In this document: positions 43,667 to 52,837 of the stretch, piece after piece | How the letters are laid out: the number at the start of each line of letters is the position of its first letter | Position numbering within the stretch: position 1 is the first letter of the stretch | Position numbers and translations under genes: made by a program | Notes under the pieces: generated by a model | Told to the model about the DNA's origin: nothing | What the model saw: only the letters and a program-made list of their open reading frames with translations | Database searches by the model: none | Origin: Verrucomicrobiaceae bacterium | GTDB taxonomy: Bacteria > Verrucomicrobiota > Verrucomicrobiia > Chthoniobacterales > JAATET01 | Length of the DNA stretch: 64,000 bases | Assembly: GCA_027488755.1 (NCBI GenBank) | Contig: JAIYAZ010000003.1 | Location: 702-64,701 of the forward strand | Direction of reading: 5' to 3'

Positions 43667-44248
43667 ATGCAAATGCGTTCCTCCCTCCTCGTCCCCTACG
43701 CTCTGCTGGGGGTTTTCCTGACGTCGGCCCTCCCCACGTGGGCGGGTGCAGCCAAAAATCTCATGCCTGAGGGCTCCTTCGAACTCCTGGAGCGGGGTCT
43801 GCCAGAGGGTTGGAAAATGCCGGACCCGAATTGGTACAAAAACTTTCGCGGCGAAGCGACGGTCAAAACCGAAAAGGGCAATCGCTACCTGCATCTTGTT
43901 TGCCCGGTGCTGAACCAACTGCTCGGGGCCAACTATACCTTCCCTATCACCGAGGACATGCAGCGCCTGCGCCTTTCCTACCGGGTGCGGGCGGAGATCA
44001 AGGAACTCGCAACGAACGACGGCACGGGCGTCGGGGTCGCCCTGCTGCCTTGGTGGGGAAACGTCGAGACGACCCAAGCGCAGTTCGGCGGGGCGGAATG
44101 GATCACGGAATCGACCAAGGATTGGGTTTCCAAGAAGGTCGAACTCGATGTGCCTAAGGGAGCGACCGTGCTCACGCTGACGGTCGGCATTAAGGCGGCC
44201 GACGCCATCGCTGATTTCGACGATGTCTCGGTCGAGGTCCTTCGCTAG
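43667..44248 (+). CDS. Small secreted CBM_4_9-like beta-sandwich protein (paralog of 37994..38584)
   Basis: 193 aa with signal peptide. NLMPEGSFE...PEGW, YRVRA, DVPKGA and IADFDDVSVEVL align with the paralog. Confidence 0.65.
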   Translation: MQMRSSLLVPYALLGVFLTSALPTWAGAAKNLMPEGSFELLERGLPEGWKMPDPNWYKNFRGEATVKTEKGNRYLHLVCPVLNQLLGANYTFPITEDMQRLRLSYRVRAEIKELATNDGTGVGVALLPWWGNVETTQAQFGGAEWITESTKDWVSKKVELDVPKGATVLTLTVGIKAADAIADFDDVSVEVLR

Positions 44249-44272
44249 CCAACCGCCTCCGTCCCCCACCCC

Positions 44273-47200
44273 ATGAACTTCCGTGGCTTTTTCGTCCCGG
44301 CGGCGCTGCTTGCCTGCGCCCCCGCCCTGCTCGCTCTCGAACCCACCCCGCCTGGCCCGGAGGTGGCCCTCGGCCCGAATCGCGCCGAAATCGTGCTCGA
44401 CGGATTATGGCGATTCCAGCCGGCGAAGAGAGCCGACGCGACCGCGCCCGACGCGGGCGACTGGGGGTTGATCCGGGTGCCGGGGGCCTGGGCCCCCCAG
44501 CGGGCCCACATCCCCGGAGTGGTCGAAAAAGGGGCCGGCGACCTTTGGAAAACCCCGCCCGACGAGCTCGCCGCCGCGTGGTATGAACGAGCGTTTGAGG
44601 TCCCCGCGACCTGGGCGGGGCGGCAGATCACCGTCGAGTTCGACCGCATCAGCACGGACGCCGAGGCGTGGGTGAACGGCCGGCCGGCCGGCAAAATCGC
44701 GTGGCCGGGCGGCACGCTCGACCTCACCCGGCTGGTCGAGCCCGGCAAGCCGGCCGAACTCCGCCTGCGGGTGACCGCCACGGCGGAGGACGTGGAATTT
44801 TCCTTCATGGGCATCGGGCAAAACACCGCGAAAAAAGCGACCCTCGCCCAGCGCGGCATCCTCGGCGACGTCTTCTTGCGCTCCCGGCCCGCCGGCCCCC
44901 GCGTGGACGGCTTGTTCATCCAAACCTCCACACGAAAGGATACCCTGGGCGTGGACGTCGAACTCACCGGAGTCCCGGCCGGAGCCAGCGTGGAAGTCGC
45001 GGCCCGCGCGATTCCCACCGACGGGGGCCCTCCGGTCGCTTTTCCCGCCGTGACCACGGCGACCTCCCCCCTCGCGGGAGAGCCTGTGCTAACTGTCGCC
45101 CGCGTGAGCTGGCCCTGGGCGGATGCCCGGCGCTGGGACTACCGCCAGCCGAACCTCTACATGCTCGAACTCACCGTCACCGGACCGGGTCTCGCCGACC
45201 AGCTGCGGGAGCGTTTCGGCTTCCGTGAATGGTGGATTGATGGGCGCCGCGTCTTTTTGAACGGCATCGAGTTTCGCCCCCGCATCGCGAACATCGGATC
45301 CGGTGATGGCGTCCGGCCGGCCACCGAGGCCGAGGTCGCCCGGTGCCTGGATCGCGGCATTGGCCTCGCCTGGCAGTGGCCGGACAACTTCCTGCAACGC
45401 GGCCGCCCCGACTGGGAAGGCCAGCTCGCCACCGCGGCCGACGAGCAGGGCCTTCCGCTGCTGGGCAATCTCGTGCGCTTGAACGAATACATGCGCGACG
45501 CCCAGTTCCAAAACATCTGGGAGAAAACCCGACCCGCGTGGGAAAAAGCCGTCACCCGGGAATGGCGCCGCCAGCGCAACCACCCCTCCTTCATGGGCTG
45601 GATTCTCTCCGGCAACGTCGGCCCGCGCCATCAGGACCAAAACCCCCGCCGCATCGGGCAGTCGGGCTGGGCCCCCGACCCCGCGCTCCAAGGCCTGAGC
45701 GACGCGCGGGCCTACATGCGTCGGCTCGATCCCGCGCGCACCGTGCTCTTCGGGGCCTCCGCCTACGAGGGCGACTATTACTCGGCCATGACCTACCTGA
45801 ACTTCACCCCGCTCCAGGAACGCCGCGAGTGGCTGGAGCCATGGATCACCAGCGGGAAAATGCCCTACCTCGCCATCGAGATGGGCACGCCGCTGGCGAG
45901 TTCGTTCATGCGCGGCCGCAAGGGCTTTGGCCCAACCGGGGAAACCGAACCTTGGGTCACGGAGTTTGCCGCCACTTACTTCGGGCCACGGGCCTACGCG
46001 CTGGAATCCGCGGACTACCGCCGCCATATCCGCTCGAAGTACGAGGGCGGAGAAAAATTCGCGTCGTTCAACTTCGATCCCGCCCTGCAAAACGATCCCG
46101 CCTTTCAGGCCACCCAGGATTTGTTCATCCGCGAGACCTGGCACGCCTGGCGTGCCGCCAACGCCGGGCTCGTTAGCATGCTGGCCTGGGACATGGAACA
46201 GTTTATGCCCATAAACCGCGGCGCGCCCCCCGTGCCCATCGCCGCCAACTTCCAGCCCGGCAAGACCGGGGCCTTCCCCGCCGAGGTGCCCGCCCGCGCC
46301 GCGGCGCGCTCCTGGCGCGGTGACGCATTCACCCTCCGCCACTCCGGCGAGACCCTGCTCGCGGCTGAGGCACCCACGATGGCCTGGATCGCCGGCGGGC
46401 CAGTCAACCCCGCCGACCAGCGCCGCCACTACCGCACCGGCGACAACGTCCAAAAACAGATCATCCTGGTCAACGACACCCGCACGCCCCAGCCCTTTTC
46501 GCTCACCTGGCGCACCGAAGGCGCCGGCCAGGGCGCGAAGGGCGAGGCCGCCGGCCAGCTCGCGCCCGCCGAAAGCAAGGCCCTGCCGCTCACATTCCCC
46601 GTGACCGCGTCGGACCGGCCCGAAACCGGCCGCATCCTCCTCGACGCCCGCATCGGCACCGCCACTCACACCGACCGCCGCGAGTTCCAGGTGTTCCCCG
46701 CGATGCCCCCGCTCACCGGTCGCGTCGCGCTCTGGGATCCCGTCGGCAAAACCACCGCCCTGCTTAAACAGCTCGGCGTCACCACGGTTCCGTGGAACGG
46801 CAAGCCCACCGCCATGCTGGTCGTGGGGCGCGAGACCCTTTCCTCGGGAGCCAAGCCACCCGCCCACCTCGGAGACTACGTCGCGGGCGGGGGACGCCTG
46901 CTCATCATGACGCAAAATCCCGAGTGGATTCGTCATAACCTCGGCCTGCGCGTCTCGCGCCACGGCAGCCGCCTCGCCTGGCCCACCACGCCCAATCACC
47001 CGGTCATGACCGGCCTCACCGCCGCGAATCTCCAGGACTGGGCCGGAAATTCCACGCTCATTGAGGCCAGACCCGAGTATGCTCCCGACCGCTTTCCCGA
47101 GTATGGCTGGCGCTGGGGACTGCGCCACATGCTGGCCACCGCCGCCATCGAAAAACCGCACCTCTCCGGCTGGCGGCCCATCCTGGAAAGCGAGTTCGAC

Positions 47201-48493
47201 CTCCAATATTCCCCGCTTTTGGAACTCGATTTCGGGCGCGGGCGGGTCACCCTCTGCACGCTCGACCTCGAGGATCAAGGCCCCGCGGACCCCGCCGCCG
47301 AGCGCCTCGCCCGCAATCTTCTCGGCTACGTGGCGACCGCCCCGCTCGCTCCGCGGGCGGCCAAAACCATCTACCTCGGCGGGGATGCCGGCGCCGAGTT
47401 CCTTGAGGACACTGGCCTGGCCTTCACCCGCGCCTCCGGCTTCGATCCCGGCACCGACCTCGCCGTGATTGCCCCCGACGCCAAGGTCTCGACCAACGGT
47501 CTCAATGCATTCATCCAACGCGGGGGTCGCGCCCTTGTGCTCGCCGCCCCGGGAGAAACCTCCGACCACTTCGGCGCGACGGTCACCAAAAAATCCGATT
47601 TCGCCGGATCGCTCACCCCGCCGACGTTCCCAGAGGGGCGCGGTCTCACCGCCAGCGACCTCCGCTTCAAGGCCGATGCCGATGCCAGCGTCCTCACCGG
47701 CGGCGTGGAAATCCACTCCGACGGCCTGCTCGGCGTGCGACGGGCCGGACAGGGTGTGGCGGTATTTTGCCAGCTCGACCCTGCCGCCCTCGGCGCGGAC
47801 AGCAAGGAATACTTTCGCTTCACCCGCTGGCGGCAGACGCGCGCCATCTGCCAGCTCCTCGCGAACCTCGGAGCCAGCTTCGAGGCCGATGCGCGCATCT
47901 TTCAACCGCACGCCGCGCGCATCCCCCTCGCCGGCCCGTGGAAGGTGCGCTTCACCCGCGAACTGCCCGTCGTTTCGTGGGAGCAAAAACACGTCGACCC
48001 CGGGATCAGTGATCTGGCGAAGTCCCTCGTGGGTCCCAAGGCCGATGAAACGGGATTCACCTCCTTCGACCTGCCGGGCTGGCACCCGCGCTTCGAGGAA
48101 ATCAGCGGCGAGGCCGTGTGGCGGCGCGAAATCGTCCTTCCCGAGGACTGGGCCGGCGAAATCGTCACGATCCAGATCCCCGCCATCAAGAGCTACGACA
48201 CCGTCTTTTGGAACGGCCAGCCGGTTGGCTCGACCTCGACCAAGACGCAGACCGAAGATCCCTGGAACCTCCCCCGCAAATACCGCCTTCCCCCGGGCAT
48301 CGTGAAGGCCGGCGCGAACACCCTCGCCATCCGCCAGTTCGCCCCCGACAAGCAGGGCGGCATCCACGGGCGAAAAGAGGAATTTTATCTCCGGGTCCTC
48401 TCCAGCAAACCCACCGGCCCGGGTTCTTATTGCCCCGACTACCGAGAAAGCTTCGAGACTGGCGACGAGCCCTACCGCTACTACCGCTGGTGA
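44273..48493 (+). CDS. Secreted 1406-aa GH2-like protein (paralog of 33530..37855), acid/base Glu replaced
   Basis: Signal peptide MNFRGFFVPAALLACAPALLA. RAEIVLDGLWRFQPA. FGFREWWIDGRRVFLNGIEF. QRNHPSFMGWILSGNVGPRH aligns to LacZ RNHPSVIIWSLGNESGHG. AIEM sits at the nucleophile position. Ends YRYYRW. Confidence 0.8.
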   Translation: MNFRGFFVPAALLACAPALLALEPTPPGPEVALGPNRAEIVLDGLWRFQPAKRADATAPDAGDWGLIRVPGAWAPQRAHIPGVVEKGAGDLWKTPPDELAAAWYERAFEVPATWAGRQITVEFDRISTDAEAWVNGRPAGKIAWPGGTLDLTRLVEPGKPAELRLRVTATAEDVEFSFMGIGQNTAKKATLAQRGILGDVFLRSRPAGPRVDGLFIQTSTRKDTLGVDVELTGVPAGASVEVAARAIPTDGGPPVAFPAVTTATSPLAGEPVLTVARVSWPWADARRWDYRQPNLYMLELTVTGPGLADQLRERFGFREWWIDGRRVFLNGIEFRPRIANIGSGDGVRPATEAEVARCLDRGIGLAWQWPDNFLQRGRPDWEGQLATAADEQGLPLLGNLVRLNEYMRDAQFQNIWEKTRPAWEKAVTREWRRQRNHPSFMGWILSGNVGPRHQDQNPRRIGQSGWAPDPALQGLSDARAYMRRLDPARTVLFGASAYEGDYYSAMTYLNFTPLQERREWLEPWITSGKMPYLAIEMGTPLASSFMRGRKGFGPTGETEPWVTEFAATYFGPRAYALESADYRRHIRSKYEGGEKFASFNFDPALQNDPAFQATQDLFIRETWHAWRAANAGLVSMLAWDMEQFMPINRGAPPVPIAANFQPGKTGAFPAEVPARAAARSWRGDAFTLRHSGETLLAAEAPTMAWIAGGPVNPADQRRHYRTGDNVQKQIILVNDTRTPQPFSLTWRTEGAGQGAKGEAAGQLAPAESKALPLTFPVTASDRPETGRILLDARIGTATHTDRREFQVFPAMPPLTGRVALWDPVGKTTALLKQLGVTTVPWNGKPTAMLVVGRETLSSGAKPPAHLGDYVAGGGRLLIMTQNPEWIRHNLGLRVSRHGSRLAWPTTPNHPVMTGLTAANLQDWAGNSTLIEARPEYAPDRFPEYGWRWGLRHMLATAAIEKPHLSGWRPILESEFDLQYSPLLELDFGRGRVTLCTLDLEDQGPADPAAERLARNLLGYVATAPLAPRAAKTIYLGGDAGAEFLEDTGLAFTRASGFDPGTDLAVIAPDAKVSTNGLNAFIQRGGRALVLAAPGETSDHFGATVTKKSDFAGSLTPPTFPEGRGLTASDLRFKADADASVLTGGVEIHSDGLLGVRRAGQGVAVFCQLDPAALGADSKEYFRFTRWRQTRAICQLLANLGASFEADARIFQPHAARIPLAGPWKVRFTRELPVVSWEQKHVDPGISDLAKSLVGPKADETGFTSFDLPGWHPRFEEISGEAVWRREIVLPEDWAGEIVTIQIPAIKSYDTVFWNGQPVGSTSTKTQTEDPWNLPRKYRLPPGIVKAGANTLAIRQFAPDKQGGIHGRKEEFYLRVLSSKPTGPGSYCPDYRESFETGDEPYRYYRW

Positions 48494-49578
48494 GCAACGG
48501 ACCCGCGCCGCCCGACCGGCGGGCTGGCGGCGGCTCGCGGCGCCGGCGGACGGGTCGCGGGAACCGTGCCCCCATCCACCCACACGCTCTCGATCATCAC
48601 GCCCTTGGCGAAGGGAGGCACGCCCAGGTCGTTTCGCTGGAGGTGCGCGACCAGCAAATCCACCAGCGCGCTGGCCTGATGCGCGTTGCGGCGATCCATC
48701 CCGCTGCATGCGTCCAGTGCGAGGGAAACCCCCAGGCCCACGAAACCAATGTCCCGCGGCACGGAAAGCCCCTGCGCCCGCAAATCGGCGAGCACCTGGG
48801 GAGTTCCAATCACCACGTCGAGGCGGTTCGCCTGCGCCCATGTGGCCAATGCGAACCCGGAATCATTTACCTCGCCCCGAAAGACGCCGGCAAACTCCAC
48901 CGCAGGGGCGCGCCGCGCCAAAAACTCGAACACCGCTTCGGTTTCGCAATTCAAAAAACCGCCCGCCTCCATCGGAGGCACCAGACCTAGGCGGCGGCAG
49001 CCGCGGTCCACCAGATTTTGCACGCACTGCCCGATGCTTTGCGCGGGATGACTCATCACCGAGTGGATCGGGGGGAAAAACCGGCAGGCTCCCGAGTTGA
49101 CGGCACAGAAACCCTCCAGGTCAAAATCGAGGGCGTTTCCCGCGGTCAGCACCGGCAGGGAAAAAATGATGCCCCGGATCCCGCGGGACTTGAGGATGCC
49201 GCGTAGCCGCGCGGGCGTCATTCCGGGCTCCCGCATCCAGAATTCCTCCAGATAATATCCCAATTCGTTGGCCCGGATCCGGGCCGCCTCCCAAAACTCC
49301 CGAAAGTGAGGATTCTCCGAAATCGGCAGCGGAAAGAAAAATCCGTGAAGGATGGCCAGGGGCAGGAGATCATGCCCATGCGCGCCCCGGCGCAGATGCG
49401 TCATCGCCTGCGTGAGAATGGCATCCTGGTGATACCCCATGCTTGAGGCAATGGTCTGGATGCGCCGACAGGTGGCCGACGGAATGCTCGGGTGGTTGCG
49501 CAAGGCCAGCGAGACGGTGCTGACACAAACACCGGCGGCACGAGCCACGTCACGTTGGGTCGGGGACGCTTTTTCCAT
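48481..49578 (-). CDS. LacI family transcriptional regulator
   Basis: ORF 48481..49599. Probable start at MEKASPTQRDVARAAGVCVSTVSLALRNHPSIPSATCRRIQTIASSMGY. The 3' end overlaps the convergent gene by 13 nt. Confidence 0.8.
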   Translation of the reverse strand: MEKASPTQRDVARAAGVCVSTVSLALRNHPSIPSATCRRIQTIASSMGYHQDAILTQAMTHLRRGAHGHDLLPLAILHGFFFPLPISENPHFREFWEAARIRANELGYYLEEFWMREPGMTPARLRGILKSRGIRGIIFSLPVLTAGNALDFDLEGFCAVNSGACRFFPPIHSVMSHPAQSIGQCVQNLVDRGCRRLGLVPPMEAGGFLNCETEAVFEFLARRAPAVEFAGVFRGEVNDSGFALATWAQANRLDVVIGTPQVLADLRAQGLSVPRDIGFVGLGVSLALDACSGMDRRNAHQASALVDLLVAHLQRNDLGVPPFAKGVMIESVWVDGGTVPATRPPAPRAAASPPVGRRGSVAHQR

Positions 49579-49641
49579 TACGGTCCGGGAGGCGAACAAT
49601 CACAACATGGCAGGGAGCCGTCCCGAGGGAAAGCCCATCCC

Positions 49642-49672
49642 CACAAAAGGGGGAGACGTCGCCGTCTCCCCC
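49642..49672 (-). terminator. Rho-independent terminator after the BNR/GH74-like gene
   Basis: The minus strand reads gggggagacg-gcga-cgtctccccc-ttttgtg, 33 nt downstream of the stop at 49705. Confidence 0.6.
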
Positions 49673-49704
49673 TCCCGGTCTGGGCGCTCCGCGCAGGCGA
49701 TCGA

Positions 49705-52518
49705 TCAGTTCAGGATGCGGAAGTTATCCACGAGCACGTCGCGCTGGCCAACCGCCCCGTTCGCGTTTAGCAGGGACAAGCCGATTTCGCCCGTCGTGGC
49801 ACCCAGCCCGGTGAGGTTGCAACTGTCACTGGCCAGCACAGTGCTGCCATGCTGGTCATAGACCTTGGTCGTGGCCGTGGCGTTGCCACCGCCGGTCGGG
49901 GTCACGGACAACTCCAGCCGATACCATAAGCCGGTCGTCAGGGCCGTCGAAATGTAGCTATCTTTCTGGCTGGTTCCCCCACTGCCCGTCATGTTCGCCC
50001 CGGTGATCCAGCGGCTGCGTTCGCCCGTGCCCCCCGAACTGTAGGCTTCATTCACCTGTAGGCGGTAGTGGGCGGAGCTGGTCCGGTTGCCGCCGTTGTA
50101 GAAGTAGATGCCCAGCCCGTTGCCTGCCCCGGTCACCTGGAAGTCGAGCTTGACCGTGAACTGCCCGAAGGCGGCATTCGTGGGCGTGGCGTCGGGCGTC
50201 GTGTCGTAAACCATCGTCGAGGTCTGGTATCCGCCAGCGCTGGCGTGCTGCAGATACCCGCCTGCGTTCCACGCGACGCCATTGTTCGTGATAACTTGGA
50301 AGTTTCCGCTGAACTGCGCCGACTGTGCAAACGTGAACCACGCGGCGGGCGGGTTGATGACATTCACCGAAATGCCGCTGATCCAGACTTCGCCGAAATT
50401 CCACGGATCAACCGCGAGATCCTTGAGGAACGAGTAGCGGTATCCCGTTCCCGTCATTTCGGTCCAGTTCGCGCCGTTATCGGCAGAGTAATACAGCTTG
50501 TTCCAGGTGTCACTGCCGCGCCGCCCCCACACCGCGACCCAGCCATTCGCCGCATCGACCCTAGCCGCGTTGGTGAAGCCGGTTACCGTCACCCAAGAGT
50601 CGCCACCGTCATCCGAGCGCTTCAGCCCAAGGTAGTCACCCGTCACCCAGACCCGCCCGGCGATGGTCGGGTCCACCACCATGCAATGGATCCAGTTCGT
50701 TCCGAAGGGCTGCCCGGTGGTCTTCGCCCAGGTGTTTCCCGAGTCCGTCGAGCGCCAGAATCCCCTGGCGCTGGAAACGTTCGCCGACCGCAGCGCGAGG
50801 TAGCGGGTCGCGGTATTAACGCCGTCCGTTTCGAGGTAGGAATTCTCCTGATGATACCGCATGCCGGTATCGACGCCGTCGAAACTGGATCCCCCGACTT
50901 TCGTGAAGGTCGCACCGCCGTCGGTGGTGCGGTAGAGACCGGGGTTGTTGTTGGGCTTGCCCGAATTGTAACCAAGCAAGACGAGAAAATCATTCACGTT
51001 GCCGGGTGCCGCCACGGCGCGAGTCACCCCTTCGTAGGAGGCAGGCAGCCCCGAGGAGGCCAGACTCTGCTCACTCCAGGTCACGCCCCCGTCGGTCGAG
51101 CGGTAGAGGATGTTCACGTTGGCTTCCTGACCGCAGCCGGCGGCCACCAGAGTCATGCCGTCGTCACTGCTCATCACCTCGTGAAACGTCGCGTGCTTGT
51201 CGATCGAGGTGCGCGAACAGCTCGCCGCCTTGCCGCTGGCCCCGCCGTCGGTGAGGACAAACGCCCCCTGATCCGCCCCGGAAACCAGCACCATCGACCG
51301 GTTGGCGCGGGGGAAACGAACCTTGCCCATCGTCATCACGCCGGCCATGCCGCTACCGTTCGGCGGATAGCTCCAGGTGGAACCGGAATCATTGGTGATA
51401 ACCATCGACTTGCCGCCGGTCATGAACCAACGCGAGGCATTGGTCGGATCTTGGACGATCACGCTGCGTCCGGCAGCCGCCTTGGTTCCGGGCGTCGCGG
51501 GATTGAGATATACCGGCGTCGGGCTCGAGAGCAGGTCCATCCCCAGCGCGGTCCAGTTCACCCCGCCATCGGTGGAACGCTTGACGTAGGAGGCGTTGTC
51601 CCCACTAACAAAGCTATTGTCGACCAGCACACAGGCACTCACGGGCCCGCTGCCATTCACCCGGGAAATTACGGCCGTCGCAACGTAGGTCGCGGCATTC
51701 GTGAAGTCCGTGGCGGTCACGCGGTAGCCGGAGACGTTCGCGGCAAAATAGCCGATGCCGTCGGATCGACGGGCGATTGCCCAAACCGTCGGGGGTTTAC
51801 CATCGGGCGGATTGTTGGCTCCCCCGTTGTTCCAGACCAACGTCCAGTTCGCTCCGTGATCCGTGGACACATAGAGCCCGCCGACCGCCCCGACCCAAAT
51901 CTGGTCGGGAAACTCCGGCCGCACGTAAATCGTCGTGACTCGCACGGCGTCGAACGTCGAGCCGCCAACCTTGCTCCAGTTCGCTCCCCCGTCCGTGGAG
52001 CGCCAAAGATAACCCGTGAGCCCCGCGCGAGCGCCGGCCAACCAGACCTCGCTGTCATTCCCGGGTTGGAAAATCACCGGCGACGCTCCGCGGTCCAGTG
52101 TCGTCGTCATGTTGCTCAGCAGGGTGCTCCAGGTCGTGCCGCCATCGGTGGACTTGTAGAAGTTTTTCTCCGTGATGAACGCCAGCGTGTCCGCGCTGCC
52201 GCTGGCCACCGCCATCCCGGTCACAAAATTGTCGTTCACGGTGAAGTTGCCCTGAAGATACTTCCAGGACTGCCCGGCATCATTCGAACGCCACGCCCCA
52301 AACACGTCGCCATACGCATAAAGGCGGCCGCTGGAATGAACGGCGAATCCACTCACCCACCCGCCGCAATCCAGCGGAATGGACCGATCGGCGACCTGGG
52401 CAAAAGCAGTGCCGGGTGCCAAGTGACAAACCGCGGCAAGCAGGCAACCCGAGGCGGCGCTGGCAAAACCGCGCAACCGCGGCGGGATCAACAGGAAAGT
52501 TCTGGGGAGGGAGAACAT
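49705..52518 (-). CDS. Secreted BNR/Asp-box double beta-propeller protein (GH74-like) with C-terminal LamG/ConA-like domain
   Basis: Internal Met41 of ORF 49705..52638 (MFSLPRTFLLIPPRLRGFASAASGCLLAAVCHLAPGTAFA). About 10 Asp-boxes, including STDGGTTWS, STDGGANWS, STDHGANWT, STDGGVNWT, STDGGVTWS, STDSGNTWA, SDDGGDSWV and SADNGANWT. Confidence 0.8.
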   Translation of the reverse strand: MFSLPRTFLLIPPRLRGFASAASGCLLAAVCHLAPGTAFAQVADRSIPLDCGGWVSGFAVHSSGRLYAYGDVFGAWRSNDAGQSWKYLQGNFTVNDNFVTGMAVASGSADTLAFITEKNFYKSTDGGTTWSTLLSNMTTTLDRGASPVIFQPGNDSEVWLAGARAGLTGYLWRSTDGGANWSKVGGSTFDAVRVTTIYVRPEFPDQIWVGAVGGLYVSTDHGANWTLVWNNGGANNPPDGKPPTVWAIARRSDGIGYFAANVSGYRVTATDFTNAATYVATAVISRVNGSGPVSACVLVDNSFVSGDNASYVKRSTDGGVNWTALGMDLLSSPTPVYLNPATPGTKAAAGRSVIVQDPTNASRWFMTGGKSMVITNDSGSTWSYPPNGSGMAGVMTMGKVRFPRANRSMVLVSGADQGAFVLTDGGASGKAASCSRTSIDKHATFHEVMSSDDGMTLVAAGCGQEANVNILYRSTDGGVTWSEQSLASSGLPASYEGVTRAVAAPGNVNDFLVLLGYNSGKPNNNPGLYRTTDGGATFTKVGGSSFDGVDTGMRYHQENSYLETDGVNTATRYLALRSANVSSARGFWRSTDSGNTWAKTTGQPFGTNWIHCMVVDPTIAGRVWVTGDYLGLKRSDDGGDSWVTVTGFTNAARVDAANGWVAVWGRRGSDTWNKLYYSADNGANWTEMTGTGYRYSFLKDLAVDPWNFGEVWISGISVNVINPPAAWFTFAQSAQFSGNFQVITNNGVAWNAGGYLQHASAGGYQTSTMVYDTTPDATPTNAAFGQFTVKLDFQVTGAGNGLGIYFYNGGNRTSSAHYRLQVNEAYSSGGTGERSRWITGANMTGSGGTSQKDSYISTALTTGLWYRLELSVTPTGGGNATATTKVYDQHGSTVLASDSCNLTGLGATTGEIGLSLLNANGAVGQRDVLVDNFRILN

Positions 52519-52696
52519 GGTTTGGTAGGAGGGGCTGAGGTTGGTTTTAGGGGGATTTCCGGGAAGCAGAGCCTGCTCCCAAAAATCTTCGCGGCGCATC
52601 AAGCCATCCGCTCCCCCGGCGAACAACCCCGTCGTCACTCAACCGTTGCGTGCTTCCCGGGCAGTTCATTCCGCCCCGCGAGCCCTGAAAACCCGG

Positions 52697-52710
52697 ATAA
52701 ACGCGTTCGC
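52697..52710. promoter_or_regulatory. LacI/GalR-type operator candidate
   Basis: ataaacgcgttcgc in the divergent region between the BNR gene and the ABC exporter. Confidence 0.45.
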
Positions 52711-52754
52711 GCTCGAAAATCCCGTCCCGCGCTCGCCAACCCCGGCGGGCTGAC

Positions 52755-52768
52755 GTAAACGCTGAATC
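52755..52768. promoter_or_regulatory. Operator half-site candidate (weak)
   Basis: gtaaacgctgaatc. Only the left arm is conserved. Confidence 0.25.
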
Positions 52769-52837
52769 AACCTCCCGCCCCTGCTGACGTTTCCGGGCGG
52801 CCACTGCTCACATCTTCATTCAAGCCCGCGTTCCTCG

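Noticed and set aside
45089-48841. 1250-aa minus-strand ORF
   Set aside because: Antisense to the 1406-aa GH2-like gene, and it would also run through the LacI gene. Low-complexity G/A/R/E composition.
50068-52758. 896-aa plus-strand ORF
   Set aside because: Antisense to the BNR/Asp-box gene, which has about 10 in-frame SxDxGxTW boxes on the minus strand.
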